DNA of 64,000 bases from Dehalococcoidia bacterium (GCA_965203435.1 CBDBCU010000002.1:458526-522525); one strand, 5' to 3'. Shown: positions 17,164 through 27,098, counted from the stretch's first letter. Made by a program: numbers and translations. The notes: generated by a model not told the origin, from the sequence alone.

Positions 17164-19122
17164 CTAGTGATGGGACTGGACGCCGGATTCCAGGATTAGC
17201 CCGCAGTAGGGGCAGAACTGGAAGGACGGCTTGGTCTGACTGCCGCAATGGGGGCAGGTCACCCCCTCTTTAGTGGCCGGCTCGTTGCTCCAGGCCACAA
17301 TGCCGATAAAGCAGATTATCCCGCCGATAAAGGGAATGGGAAAGCGGATATAAGGCCAGCCCACATCCACCAGCATCCCGGCCCCCAGAATCAGCACCCC
17401 CACCGCCGTTACCAGCGGCCAGTACGAGGGACTGGGCATATGTATGGTCGCCGGGTTCACCGGAGCCTCCGGCTCCGTGATGGGATTGCCCTCGGCCGCG
17501 GCGGCCCGCTTGACAATCCAGTAATGATCCAAGCCCCGCACCTGGGGGATTTGGGCGAAGTTGTAAGCCGGCGGCGGCGAGTCAATCATCCATTCCAGCC
17601 CGGGAGCGTCCCAGGGGTCATGGCCGGAATCCTTTTCTTTCCGCAGGCTGACCACCAGGTTCAGGATGAAAGCCAGGGTGCCGGCCAGCAGCACCAGATA
17701 GCCCAGGGAGGCCAGCAGGTTCAACCCATCCCAGCCGAACTCGCTGGCATAGGTGTAAATCCGGCGCGGCATCCCGTTCAGGCCCAGGTAGTGCATCGGG
17801 AAAAAGGTAATGTTCATCCCGATGAAATAGAGCCAGAAGTGGGCTTTGCCGATGCCCTCGTGCAGCAGTTTCCCGGTCAGCTTGGGAAACCAGTAATAGA
17901 CCCCGGAAAAGATGCCGAACAGGGCGCCGCCGAACAGCACATAATGGATATGGGCCACGATGTAATAGGTATCCTGCTGCTGATTGTCCGAGGGGGCGAC
18001 GGCATGGGACACCCCGCTGAGCCCGCCCACTACAAAGAGGGCGACGAACCCCAGGGAAAAAAGCATCGCCGTTTTCAGGTCAATGGAGCCGCCCCAAAGG
18101 GTGCCAATCCAGTTAAAGATTTTCACCCCGGTCGGCACGGCGATAAGCATGGTGGTGATGGTGAACACCGACACCGCAATCGGCCCCAGGCCCACGGTGA
18201 ACATATGGTGACTCCACACCGCCCAGCCCATTATGCCGATGACGATGCCGGAAAAGACCACGACCGGATAGCCGAACAGCGGCTTGCGGGAGAAAGTGGG
18301 CAGCACTTCGGAGACGATGCCCATCGCCGGCAGAATCAGGATATAGACCTCCGGGTGACCGAACACCCAGAACAGATGCTGCCACATAATGGGATCGCCG
18401 CCGCCTTCCGGGACGAAAAAGTTGGTGCCGAAGTTGCGGTCGAAGGTCAGTTCAATCAGCCCCACGGTGATGACCGGAAAGGCCAGCACCAGCAGCACCG
18501 AAGTCACCAGGGTCATCCAGACGAACAGGGGCATCCGCATCAGGCTCATCCCCGGCGCCCGCATATTGACGATGGTAACGATGAAGTTAAAGGCGGCGGC
18601 CAGGGAGGATACGCCCAGCACCTGCAAGCCCAAGGCCCAATAGTCCAGGCCGGCGTTGGGGCTGAAGGGCTTTTCGGTCAGGTTGGCGTAGGAAAACCAG
18701 CCGGCGTCCGGAGCCTGATTGGTCAGGAAACTGGCGTTGAGCAGCAGGCCGCCAAAGAGGAACACCCAGTAGCTGAACGCGTTCAGCCGGGGAAAGGCCA
18801 CATCCCGGGCCCCGATGGCCAGGGGGATGACGAAGTTAAAGAAACTGGCGCTCAGCGGCATCACCACCAGGAAAATCATAGTGGTGCCGTGCATGGTGAA
18901 CATCTGGTTAAAGGCGTCCGGGCTGACCAGGGAATTGTCCGGCACGGCCAGTTGCAGGCGGATGATGCCGGCTTCGATGCCGCCCAGGAGCAGAAAGATG
19001 AAAGCCGTCGTCCCGTACAGAACGCCGATGCGCTTGTGGTCAACCGTAGTAAGCCAGCTCCAGAGGCCGGACTGGCCGGCCGGGCGGGCAATTACGCCGG
19101 TAGTTTCGGCTGCGGTAGCCAT
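17164..19122 (-). CDS. ctaD: cytochrome c oxidase subunit I with extra C-terminal TM segments and a terminal CxxC-x10-CxxC zinc-ribbon-like tail
   Basis: 652 aa. WLTTVDHKRIGVLY, GHPEVYILILP, HHMF and the YVLFGG family signature. Tail CPHCGSQTKPSFQFCPYCG. Confidence 0.93.
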   Translation of the reverse strand: MATAAETTGVIARPAGQSGLWSWLTTVDHKRIGVLYGTTAFIFLLLGGIEAGIIRLQLAVPDNSLVSPDAFNQMFTMHGTTMIFLVVMPLSASFFNFVIPLAIGARDVAFPRLNAFSYWVFLFGGLLLNASFLTNQAPDAGWFSYANLTEKPFSPNAGLDYWALGLQVLGVSSLAAAFNFIVTIVNMRAPGMSLMRMPLFVWMTLVTSVLLVLAFPVITVGLIELTFDRNFGTNFFVPEGGGDPIMWQHLFWVFGHPEVYILILPAMGIVSEVLPTFSRKPLFGYPVVVFSGIVIGIMGWAVWSHHMFTVGLGPIAVSVFTITTMLIAVPTGVKIFNWIGTLWGGSIDLKTAMLFSLGFVALFVVGGLSGVSHAVAPSDNQQQDTYYIVAHIHYVLFGGALFGIFSGVYYWFPKLTGKLLHEGIGKAHFWLYFIGMNITFFPMHYLGLNGMPRRIYTYASEFGWDGLNLLASLGYLVLLAGTLAFILNLVVSLRKEKDSGHDPWDAPGLEWMIDSPPPAYNFAQIPQVRGLDHYWIVKRAAAAEGNPITEPEAPVNPATIHMPSPSYWPLVTAVGVLILGAGMLVDVGWPYIRFPIPFIGGIICFIGIVAWSNEPATKEGVTCPHCGSQTKPSFQFCPYCGLILESGVQSHH

Positions 19123-19173
19123 AGAGCTTTTCCTCTCCCTGGTCAGATCTGAGGGTTACGCCGGTTTCCGATT

Positions 19174-20370
19174 TTACTTCAGGCTGAGCAGATATTCCAT
19201 CAGGTCGGAAATCTGCCGCCCGCTGAGATTGGCCTGCCCGTCGGCGGTCTGGTAGATGTTGGCCCGAGAGGCCATCAGGTTGCCCGGCTTGATAATATCC
19301 GGGTTTTCCAGCCACTGCCGCAGGTTTTCCCGGTTCAGGTCGGCCAAGCCGGCGCCAAAGCGTTCCCGGGTCGCCAGGTCGGTCAAGTTGGGGCCGGGGG
19401 CAATGCCGGTTTCGGTGGTCATAAAGCCGGTTACCCGGCCCGCCACCACTTCCGGGCTGTCGGAGCCGTTGGCGGTGTGGCAGACCACACAGCCGCCCAC
19501 GCCGTTGAATACCTGCTGCCCGGCGGTAGCCTGGGCCGACAATTCCGGCGGCTGGCCGAAACTTTCCGCCCAAGCCAGGTAATCCTCCTGCGGCAGCACC
19601 TGCACCAGAAACTTCATCTGGGCGTGGGCCGTGCCGCAAAACTCGGCGCACTGGCCGTAAAAAGTGCCGGTTTCATCGGCTTGGAACCACATATAGTTGT
19701 TGCGGGTCGGCACCACATCCACCTTGCCGGCCAGTTTCGGCACCCAGAAACTGTGGATAACATCGTCGCTGCGGAGGTTAATCTGAATGGCCCGGTCGAC
19801 CGGAATCCGCAGTTCGTTGGCGGTGGTGATGTATTTGCCGTTGCCGTCGGCGTCGGGATACTCAAACTCCCACCACCACTGATGCCCCACGGCGGTAACT
19901 TCCAGGGTATCAGCCCCCCGCGGCGGCTGATCCAGGTCAAACAGGGTGATGACCGACCAGATGCCCAAGCCCAGGATGAGGATGGTGGGAATAACCGTCC
20001 AGGTAATTTCCAGGGCGGTATGGCCGTGGGTCTGCGGCGGCAGTTCATCCTGCCCGGGCCGGCGGCGGAACTTGATGATGGCGTAAATCAGGACGCCTTC
20101 CACCAGGACGAAAACGGCGACCATCACCCAGAGCAGGACGTTGAACAGGAGCAGCTGCTTTTCGGCGACCGGCCCGGCGGTGCCGAAAGTGGACTGCTTG
20201 GCGTCCGGGGCGCACGCCAGCAGCAGGAATAAAAGGGACAACAGCCCCAACAGGGCCAGTTGCCGGCTCCGGATGGGAAAGCTCCTCGGGATACGGATTG
20301 CGGATTTACCTTTGACATCCCCGGCCGCGGCGGCCCGGGAATCTGCGCCTCGCAAGGGCAAAAGCCCCAT
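19174..20370 (-). CDS. ctaC: cytochrome c oxidase subunit II with C-terminal cytochrome c domain (caa3 type)
   Basis: ORF 19174..20475. I prefer ATG 20370 (GGGGAG SD), but the start is uncertain. CuA motif CAEFCGTAHAQM, heme motif CVVCH, lipobox-like LLLAC. Confidence 0.85.
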   Translation of the reverse strand: MGLLPLRGADSRAAAAGDVKGKSAIRIPRSFPIRSRQLALLGLLSLLFLLLACAPDAKQSTFGTAGPVAEKQLLLFNVLLWVMVAVFVLVEGVLIYAIIKFRRRPGQDELPPQTHGHTALEITWTVIPTILILGLGIWSVITLFDLDQPPRGADTLEVTAVGHQWWWEFEYPDADGNGKYITTANELRIPVDRAIQINLRSDDVIHSFWVPKLAGKVDVVPTRNNYMWFQADETGTFYGQCAEFCGTAHAQMKFLVQVLPQEDYLAWAESFGQPPELSAQATAGQQVFNGVGGCVVCHTANGSDSPEVVAGRVTGFMTTETGIAPGPNLTDLATRERFGAGLADLNRENLRQWLENPDIIKPGNLMASRANIYQTADGQANLSGRQISDLMEYLLSLK

Positions 20371-20479
20371 TTGCCAACTCCCCTTGTTTGCTGGTCTGCC
20401 GGCGAAAGCGGCGGCTTGGGGCCAAGTTTCCCCAATGCCGGGAAAAACCTTACCACAGGAATTAAACCCTGTCAACGCT

Positions 20480-20488
20480 ATTATAGCA
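20480..20488 (-). promoter_or_regulatory. extended -10 box TGCTATAAT upstream of the cox operon
   Basis: attatagca on + strand, ~110 nt upstream of the preferred ctaC ATG. Confidence 0.45.
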
Positions 20489-20548
20489 GGAAATTAGGAA
20501 AGGATTTTTGGTCAATTTGGCAATTGCCCTTCCCGGCCGCCCTTTCTA

Positions 20549-20715
20549 CCGTCATTCCCGCCTGATTACCGCCATTCCCGCCCCTCTCTACCGTCATTCC
20601 CGCGCAAGCGGGAATCCAGCGGGGGCAACCGGAATTATCTTTTCAATACCGTTCTGGATTCCCGCTTGCGCGGGAATGACGGTAGCGGGAATTCCCATTT
20701 TCATGGGAAGGACGG
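20549..20715. repeat. REP-1 cluster with a composite element
   Basis: ccgtcattcccgcc..., ccgtcattcccgcgcaagcgggaatccagcggg...ttttcaataccgttctggattcccgcttgcgcgggaatgacgg. Confidence 0.85.
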
Positions 20716-20829
20716 TTTCCGCCGGCAATTGCCAATTTCCCCCGGGGCGGCGTATAATGGCAGCCTAACGGGTTTTCAGACCATCCGGCCGGGGACAGGC
20801 AATCGTCCCGGGCGTTAAGGGGGAATGGA

Positions 20830-21720
20830 ATGGTTGAAGTTTTGACCGGAACTTTTACGGTGAAGGCGGGCCACGCCCAGATGCTGAAGGGCGGGGTGAT
20901 TATGGATGTGGTGAACGCCGAGCAGGCGCGCATCGCCGCCGAAGCCGGGGCCGTGGCCGTGATGGCCCTGGAACGGGTGCCGGCCGACATCCGCGCCGAT
21001 GGCGGCGTGGCCCGGATGACCGATCCGGCGGTGATTCTGGAAATTATGGACGCGGTAAGCATTCCGGTGATGGCTAAGTGCCGCATCGGGCATTTCGTCG
21101 AGGCCCAGGTGCTGGAAGCCATCGGCATCGACTATATCGACGAGTCGGAAGTGCTGACCCCGGCCGACGAAACCCATCATGTCTGGAAACGGGATTTTCA
21201 GGTACCCTTTGTCTGCGGCTGCCGGGACTTGGGCGAGGCTTTGCGCCGCATTTCCGAGGGGGCGGCGATGATCCGCACCAAGGGCGAGGCCGGCACCGGG
21301 GATGTGGTGGAAGCCGTCCGCCACATGAGGGCGGTGCAGGATGCCATCCGCAAGCTGCAAACTATGCCGGCGGATGAACTGGTAGTGGAAGCCCGCAATC
21401 TGGGGGTCAGCCTGGAACTGCTCCAGCAGACCAAGGATCTGGGCCGCCTGCCGGTGGTCAACTTCGCCGCCGGGGGCGTGGCTACCCCCGCCGACGCCGC
21501 CCTGATGATGCAGCTGGGGGCCGACGGCGTCTTTGTGGGCAGCGGCATTTTCAAGTCCGGCGACCCGGCCCAGCGCGGCTATGCTATCGTCCAAGCCGTA
21601 ACCCATTACAACGACCCCCAAATCCTGGCCGATGTTTCCAAAAACCTGGGCGAGCCGATGGTCGGCCGCAGTGTCCAGGAATTGGAAAGCCGGGAACTGA
21701 TGGCGGCGCGGAGTTTCTAG
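20830..21720 (+). CDS. pdxS: pyridoxal 5'-phosphate synthase lyase subunit
   Basis: [28 protein letters not shown]-like N-terminus, ...[10 protein letters not shown]..., [14 protein letters not shown]. Confidence 0.95.
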   Translation: MVEVLTGTFTVKAGHAQMLKGGVIMDVVNAEQARIAAEAGAVAVMALERVPADIRADGGVARMTDPAVILEIMDAVSIPVMAKCRIGHFVEAQVLEAIGIDYIDESEVLTPADETHHVWKRDFQVPFVCGCRDLGEALRRISEGAAMIRTKGEAGTGDVVEAVRHMRAVQDAIRKLQTMPADELVVEARNLGVSLELLQQTKDLGRLPVVNFAAGGVATPADAALMMQLGADGVFVGSGIFKSGDPAQRGYAIVQAVTHYNDPQILADVSKNLGEPMVGRSVQELESRELMAARSF

Positions 21721-22320
21721 TTGAAAATCGGGGTTCTGGCGGTTCAGGGCGATTTTGCCGAGCATATCGCCGTCCTGCGGCGGCTGGGCGTGGACGGCGT
21801 CGAGGTGCGCCTGCCGCCGCAGCTGGCCGCCGTGGACGCCTTGATTATCCCCGGCGGCGAAAGCACGACCCTGAGCCGGCTGATGAGCATTTATCACCTG
21901 CGGGAACCCATCGCGGCTATGGCGGCCCGGGGCCAAGCCCTGTGGGGTACCTGCGCCGGGATGATTATGCTGGCGCAGGAAATCGCCGAGGCCGACCCGG
22001 AGCCGCTGCGGCTGATGGATATTGATGTGCGGCGCAACGCTTTTGGCCGGCAGATTGACAGCTTCGAGCAGGCTTTGCCCCTGGCCGGCTTGGCGCCGGA
22101 ACCTTTTCCCGCCGTCTTTATCCGCGCCCCCATTGTTACCCGGGCCGGGCCGGCGGTAACGACCCTGGCGGCGTTGCCCAACGGCGGCCCGGCGGTGGCA
22201 GTGCAACAGGATAATCTGCTGGCTACCGCCTTTCACCCGGAATTGACCGGGGATGATCGGATGCACCGCTATTTTCTGAATATGGCGGCCGGCGGCTCCG
22301 CCGGGCAGCGGATGGGATGA
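21721..22320 (+). CDS. pdxT: pyridoxal 5'-phosphate synthase glutaminase subunit
   Basis: TTG start directly after the pdxS stop. IGVLAVQGDF..., IIPGGESTT, WGTCAGMI, FHPELT. Confidence 0.93.
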   Translation: MKIGVLAVQGDFAEHIAVLRRLGVDGVEVRLPPQLAAVDALIIPGGESTTLSRLMSIYHLREPIAAMAARGQALWGTCAGMIMLAQEIAEADPEPLRLMDIDVRRNAFGRQIDSFEQALPLAGLAPEPFPAVFIRAPIVTRAGPAVTTLAALPNGGPAVAVQQDNLLATAFHPELTGDDRMHRYFLNMAAGGSAGQRMG

Positions 22321-23384
22321 AACCGATGCAATCCTTCCGAATCAGCGATGCTTTGCGCTGCACCCTGCCGCAGCCGCCGCGGGGGCCGAACTTGGCTTGC
22401 CCCCGGGAAAGTCTGGCCGGGGTTATGCCGGGCCGGCAGAATGCCCTGCTGTGGAAAAGCGCCCTCTGGCAGTCCGCGGACCGGGTAGCTCTGGCCCAGT
22501 GGGATGGGTGGCGGCTGAACGGATTGGTCTCCGCCCGCATCCGCTGCGGCCGCCGGGCCTGGGAAATTGACGGCTTGTATTTTCCGGGCCGGGCCGGGTT
22601 GACCGCGGCAGCGGCGGCGGAAAACCGCAACGGGGCCGGCCTCCGGGCGATTCATCCCCGGGAGGACGAATCGGACGCCGCCGCCCTGGAACTGTTGGAA
22701 CAGCTGATTGCGGCGGTGGGCTGGCGTTCCGGAGAACGGATTTTTCTGCGCTTGGCGGCTAATTGCCCGGCTCTGCCGCTGGCCCGGCGCAGCGGTTTCC
22801 ATCCCTGCTTTAACGAAACCCTACTCGCCGGCTATGGCGGGATAATTGCCCATCCCGATTCCGGTGGTCGGCTGGATGCGGCGGTCAAAGGATCCCCGGC
22901 CGGGCCGGGTTCTGGGGACAGGATGGGCAACTTGCGGCCGCGGCGGCCGGCGGAGGATTACGCCCTGTTTCAACTCTTTTGCGCCAGTACCCCGGTGGCG
23001 GTGCGGGACGCTTTGGGCTTGACCTTTGACCAGTGGCAGGCGGCCCGGGAACCCCTGTTCCGGCAAGGAAACGGCGGCCGGGCTCAGGAATGGGTATCCG
23101 AGCATAAAGACCGCATCATTGGCTGGTTGGGTCTAGCGCAACGCCGCCGGGCAGTCGAAGCGATGGCTATGGTTCATCCCGACTACCCGGAACAGCAAGC
23201 CGCCCTGCTGAACGCCGCCTTATCCCGGCCCGGCGGACAGCGCTGGCTGATCCCGGAATACCGGGCGGCGATGGCCGACCGGCTCCTCGGGCAGGGCTTT
23301 CAGACCCAGGCGCAATACACTATGCTGGTTAAGTTGGCGGCCGCCCCGGCCCGCAGCTACGGGATGGCCGCAGTGGAGGCTTGA
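22317..23384 (+). CDS. hypothetical protein, possibly a degenerate tandem GNAT-like fold
   Basis: 355-aa ORF. ATGA overlap with pdxT and TTGA overlap with the next gene suggest operon membership. Only a weak GNAT-like C-terminal pattern (RIFLRLAANCPALPLARRSGFHP). Confidence 0.5.
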   Translation: MKPMQSFRISDALRCTLPQPPRGPNLACPRESLAGVMPGRQNALLWKSALWQSADRVALAQWDGWRLNGLVSARIRCGRRAWEIDGLYFPGRAGLTAAAAAENRNGAGLRAIHPREDESDAAALELLEQLIAAVGWRSGERIFLRLAANCPALPLARRSGFHPCFNETLLAGYGGIIAHPDSGGRLDAAVKGSPAGPGSGDRMGNLRPRRPAEDYALFQLFCASTPVAVRDALGLTFDQWQAAREPLFRQGNGGRAQEWVSEHKDRIIGWLGLAQRRRAVEAMAMVHPDYPEQQAALLNAALSRPGGQRWLIPEYRAAMADRLLGQGFQTQAQYTMLVKLAAAPARSYGMAAVEA

Positions 23385-25105
23385 AGTTGGTAGCAGCGCA
23401 TAAGTTGGGCCCGGGGGAACTGGAGCGGTTGCTGGAAGTGCTGCCGCAACGGGTTAAGGGCCGCCTGCTCAACGCGGAAAACCTGGCGGAACTGCTCGAG
23501 GTGGTGCTGGATTTGGGCCGCGTGCCGGAGGCCCGCTTTCCGGCCGGGGATGTAATCCTGGATGACCGGGAAGTCAGCCGGGAGGACCTGGACTATCTGG
23601 TGCAGCAGGTGGGGGAGTTCGGCGACGACAATCGGGCCGGGATGGAGCGCACCCTGCACCGCATTTCCGCCATCCGCAATCGCCAGGGGCAGGTGGTCGG
23701 CATCACCTGCCGGGCCGGGCGCGCCATATCCGGGGCCATCAAAATCATCGAAGACCTGGCCCTGGCCAACAAAAACATCCTGCTGCTGGGCCGGCCCGGC
23801 GTGGGCAAAACCACGATGCTGCGGGAAGTGGCCCGGGTCTTGGCCGATGAGGCCCGCAAACGGGTGGTCATCGTCGACACTTCCAACGAAATCGCCGGGG
23901 ATGGAGATGTGCCGCATCCGGCCATCGGCCATGCCCGCCGAATGCAGGTCGCCACGCCCACCCGCCAGCACGGGGTAATGATCGAGGCCGTGGAAAACCA
24001 TATGCCCGAGGTCATCATCATCGACGAAATGGGAACGGAGGAGGAGGCCGCCGCCGCCCGCACCATCGCCGAGCGCGGCGTGCAGCTGATTGCCACCGCC
24101 CACGGCAACACCCTGGACAACCTGATCCTCAATCCTACCCTGTCCGACCTGGTGGGCGGAGTGCAGGCAGTAACGCTGGGCGACCAGGAGGCCCGCTATC
24201 GGGGAACGCAAAAAACCGTCCTGGAGCGCAAAGCCCCGCCGACCTTTGAGGTCGTCGTGGAAATCCAGAGTTGGGAACAGGTAGCCGTCCACGATGGGGT
24301 GGCTAATGTGGTCGACCAGTGGCTGCGCGGCTATCCCATTGCCCCGGAAATCCGGGCTTTGGATGAAAGCGGCGCGGTAAAGCGGCTGCCGGGCGCGCCC
24401 CGGCCCAATACGGCCCCGCCGCCGCCCTGGAGTCAGGATTTGGACCGGACCGGCGGCTCCCGCGGCTTTGGCGGCCGGCGGCAAGGCGGCCGCTATGCCG
24501 ACCAGGGCCGGGACAGCTTTGCCGCCGATTACTATGACACCGCCCCGCCGGCCGCTGATGGCGGCGATATTGCTGAATCGGAAAGCCCGTCCCGCCGGTT
24601 GGAAGCCCAGGTTTTCCTCTTTGGCGTCAGCCGGGACAAGCTGGAAACGGCTCAGGCGGAAATGGGCTTGTCGCTAGGCATCGTCAACGAACTGCGCCGG
24701 GCCAGCCTGGTGCTGACCACCAAAACCCATTACCGCCGGGGGGCGCAGCTGGTCAAGTCGGCGGAATCCACCGGCACTCCGGTCTATGTGCTGCGGAAAA
24801 ATACCCAGCCGCAAGTGGCGGATTTTCTGCGGACGCTGGCTAAGGAGCAAGGCATTGACCTGCGCGGCAGCGCCGGCCCGCGGCGGCCGCGGGACGAAGC
24901 CGCCGCCCGGGAGACCCTGGATCAGGCCATGTCCGAAGCCGAGGCCGCGGCGCAGCGGGTATTGGACGGCGAGTTCAGCGTCCAGCTGCATCCCCAGCGG
25001 GCTTATGTCCGCCGCTTGCAGCATCTGCTGGCCCAGCGGTTCAACCTGGCCTCCACCAGCCGCGGCCGGGAGCCGGAGCGGTCGGTGCTGTTTTACCGGA
25101 CTTAA
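23381..25105 (+). CDS. AAA ATPase with C-terminal R3H nucleic-acid-binding domain (Ycf45/SpoIIIAA-like family)
   Basis: Walker A GRPGVGKTT, Walker B VIIIDEMG, IATAHGNTLDNL, C-terminal ...YVRRLQHLLAQRFNL R3H-like segment. Confidence 0.8.
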   Translation: MKLVAAHKLGPGELERLLEVLPQRVKGRLLNAENLAELLEVVLDLGRVPEARFPAGDVILDDREVSREDLDYLVQQVGEFGDDNRAGMERTLHRISAIRNRQGQVVGITCRAGRAISGAIKIIEDLALANKNILLLGRPGVGKTTMLREVARVLADEARKRVVIVDTSNEIAGDGDVPHPAIGHARRMQVATPTRQHGVMIEAVENHMPEVIIIDEMGTEEEAAAARTIAERGVQLIATAHGNTLDNLILNPTLSDLVGGVQAVTLGDQEARYRGTQKTVLERKAPPTFEVVVEIQSWEQVAVHDGVANVVDQWLRGYPIAPEIRALDESGAVKRLPGAPRPNTAPPPPWSQDLDRTGGSRGFGGRRQGGRYADQGRDSFAADYYDTAPPAADGGDIAESESPSRRLEAQVFLFGVSRDKLETAQAEMGLSLGIVNELRRASLVLTTKTHYRRGAQLVKSAESTGTPVYVLRKNTQPQVADFLRTLAKEQGIDLRGSAGPRRPRDEAAARETLDQAMSEAEAAAQRVLDGEFSVQLHPQRAYVRRLQHLLAQRFNLASTSRGREPERSVLFYRT

Positions 25106-25180
25106 TGGGGGCGGCCAATCGGCGCCCCCGGTTAATTCCTGGACAATTCCTTGTCCGATACCCTATCGAGAGGTGATTTG

Positions 25181-25495
25181 ATGGAAATAGTGGAATGGGC
25201 CAACCTGGTGCCCTTGCAGCTGATTACCTGGCTGGAATATATCGTCGTGGGCGGGCTGGCCCTGGCGGCGGTCTATGCCCTGTGGCTGAACTGGAAACAC
25301 CGGGGCAGCGGCGACGGCGAGGATTGGTTGGATACCGAAACCTACGCGGAACGGCGGGAGCGGGAAGCCGCCGCCAAAGCCGCCGCCCAACAGGAAACCG
25401 CCCCGGAACCGGAGCCGGCCACTACCGGCACGGAATCGTCCCGGCCCGATGCGGAACCGGAGCCGGCGTCGACCGAGCCGGGCGACGGGCGGTAG
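25181..25495 (+). CDS. small single-pass membrane protein, hypothetical
   Basis: ATG 25181 after GAGAGGTGA. One hydrophobic helix (WLEYIVVGGLALAAVYALWL), then an acidic Pro/Glu-rich tail. Confidence 0.5.
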   Translation: MEIVEWANLVPLQLITWLEYIVVGGLALAAVYALWLNWKHRGSGDGEDWLDTETYAERREREAAAKAAAQQETAPEPEPATTGTESSRPDAEPEPASTEPGDGR

Positions 25496-25498
25496 CCG

Positions 25499-26167
25499 GT
25501 GGACAATTCCTTGTTCATTGCCTTTGAGGGCGGCGAGGGCGCGGGCAAAACCACCCAGGCCGGCCTGCTCCACGCCGCCCTGCAAGAGTTGGGCCGCCCG
25601 GCCCGCCTGCTGCGGGAACCCGGCGGCACCGTCCTGGGCGAATACCTGCGGGATTACCTCAAAAGCGCGCGGCCGCTGACCCCGGAAGCGGAGTTGCTGC
25701 TCTTTGCGGCGGCCCGGGTCGAGTTGGCAGTCAACGGCATTAAGCCGGCCCTGGACGCCGGCGGCATCGTCATCGCCGACCGATTCGCCGCCTCGACCGT
25801 GGCCTATCAAGGCTACGGCCGGGGATTGGATTTGAGCCTGATCGCCGCCCTCAACGGCTTTGCCACCTTGGGCCGCCCTCCCGACCTGATTTTGCTGCTG
25901 GATGTGGCCCCGGCCCTGGGCTTGGGCCGCGCCGCCGGCCAGCAGACGGCTTTTGACGAAAACCGGTTCGGCGAACTGACCCCCCTGCACCGCAACGCTG
26001 AGGGCCGCCGTTTCGAGGATTTGGCCCTGGAGTTTCACGAAAAGGTGCGGCAGGGCTTTCGCGCCCAAGCCCGCAGCGACCCGGAACGCTGGGCGGTAAT
26101 TGACGCCGCCGATTCCATTGCCGCCGTTCAGCAGCAGGTATGGCGCAAGGTTAGGGAACGGCTGTAG
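25499..26167 (+). CDS. tmk: dTMP (thymidylate) kinase
   Basis: GTG start. FIAFEGGEGAGKTT P-loop, DRF..ST.AYQG motif. Confidence 0.92.
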   Translation: MDNSLFIAFEGGEGAGKTTQAGLLHAALQELGRPARLLREPGGTVLGEYLRDYLKSARPLTPEAELLLFAAARVELAVNGIKPALDAGGIVIADRFAASTVAYQGYGRGLDLSLIAALNGFATLGRPPDLILLLDVAPALGLGRAAGQQTAFDENRFGELTPLHRNAEGRRFEDLALEFHEKVRQGFRAQARSDPERWAVIDAADSIAAVQQQVWRKVRERL

Positions 26168-26281
26168 GGGTCGGATGTCAGCCGCCCGGTCAACCGGCGC
26201 CGGTTGACCGAGCCAATACGCCGTCAAGCCGCGGAATCGGTCATCCAAGGATCTTTGCCAACACAGCATCGGGAGGGTAAA

Positions 26282-26761
26282 ATGAACAATGAACGCCCCA
26301 GGAGGAATTGGGCTTGGCCGCCCTTGGTGCCGCGGCCGATTCTGGCGGTGGCTTGGGCCGGCTTTAACGGAATAACCGCCTTGGCCATAGTAATAGACCT
26401 GATTCAGGCCCCGGCGGGGATGCCGGCGTGGTCCGTCATCTGGGAAGCCATCGGCGGCGATGCCAGCGGCGTCTGCTACTGGGCCCTGCTGGGCAGCTAC
26501 CTTTACTCGGAGGTGATTACCATGATTCTCACCAAGTGGGCCAACCAGGCCCGGGTGGAACAGGCCTTGGAACAGGGTCGGTCCGAAGGCCGGACTGAGG
26601 GTCGGACTGTGGGCCGGGCCGAGGGCCGGCAGCGCGGCCGGACTGAGGAAAACCGCCGGTGGCGGGAATACCTCGAGCGCCGGGCGGCGGCGGAAAGGGC
26701 CGGCTTGCCCTTCTATGAACCGATGCCGGAGCCGCCGGATCCTTTCCTAGACGACCACTAG
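26282..26761 (+). CDS. membrane-anchored protein with (E/Q)GR-repeat and Pro/acidic C-terminal tail, hypothetical
   Basis: ORF 26204..26761 trimmed to ATG 26282 (GGGAGGG SD). Hydrophobic N-terminal half, then EQGRSEGRTEGRTVGRAEGRQRGRTEENRRWREYLERRAAAERAGLPFYEPMPEPPDPF. Confidence 0.6.
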   Translation: MNNERPRRNWAWPPLVPRPILAVAWAGFNGITALAIVIDLIQAPAGMPAWSVIWEAIGGDASGVCYWALLGSYLYSEVITMILTKWANQARVEQALEQGRSEGRTEGRTVGRAEGRQRGRTEENRRWREYLERRAAAERAGLPFYEPMPEPPDPFLDDH

Positions 26762-26800
26762 TCCCCCAAAGGAAACCGGCCACCCGCGGAGGGGATTGCT

Positions 26801-27052
26801 ATGATTTTGACCATGTGGGCCAACCAGGCTCGGGTGGAACAGGCTTGGGAAGAGGCCCTGGAACAGGGTCGGTCCGAAGGCCGGACTGAGGGTCGGACTG
26901 TGGGCCGGGCCGAGGGCCGGCTGCGCGGCCGGGCTGAGGAAAACCGCCGGTGGCGGGAATACCTCGACCGCCGGGCGGCGGCGGAAAGGGCCGGCTTGCC
27001 CTTTACTGAACCCCGGCCGGAGCCGCCGGAGCCTTTCCAGGACGACCGTTAG
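26801..27052 (+). CDS. TM-less duplicate of the C-terminal half of 26282..26761
   Basis: GGAGGGG SD. MILTMWANQARVEQ...GRSEGRTEGRTVGRAEGRLRGRAEENRRWREYLDRRAAAERAGLPF. The nucleotide sequence is nearly identical to 26522..26761. Confidence 0.55.
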   Translation: MILTMWANQARVEQAWEEALEQGRSEGRTEGRTVGRAEGRLRGRAEENRRWREYLDRRAAAERAGLPFTEPRPEPPEPFQDDR

Positions 27053-27067
27053 TTCCCCAAAGGGAAA

Positions 27068-27098
27068 CCGGCCACCCTTAAAGGATGGCCGGTTTTTT
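27068..27098 (+). terminator. intrinsic terminator
   Basis: CCGGCCACCC-ttaaa-GGATGGCCGG hairpin followed by TTTTTT. Confidence 0.75.

Noticed and set aside
17248-19152. 634-aa ORF antisense to ctaD (similarly 15531..17273 over ctaE/ctaF and 19477..20232 over ctaC)
   Set aside because: These lie opposite highly conserved oxidase subunits. They have a low-complexity, His/Gly/Arg-rich composition and no SD.
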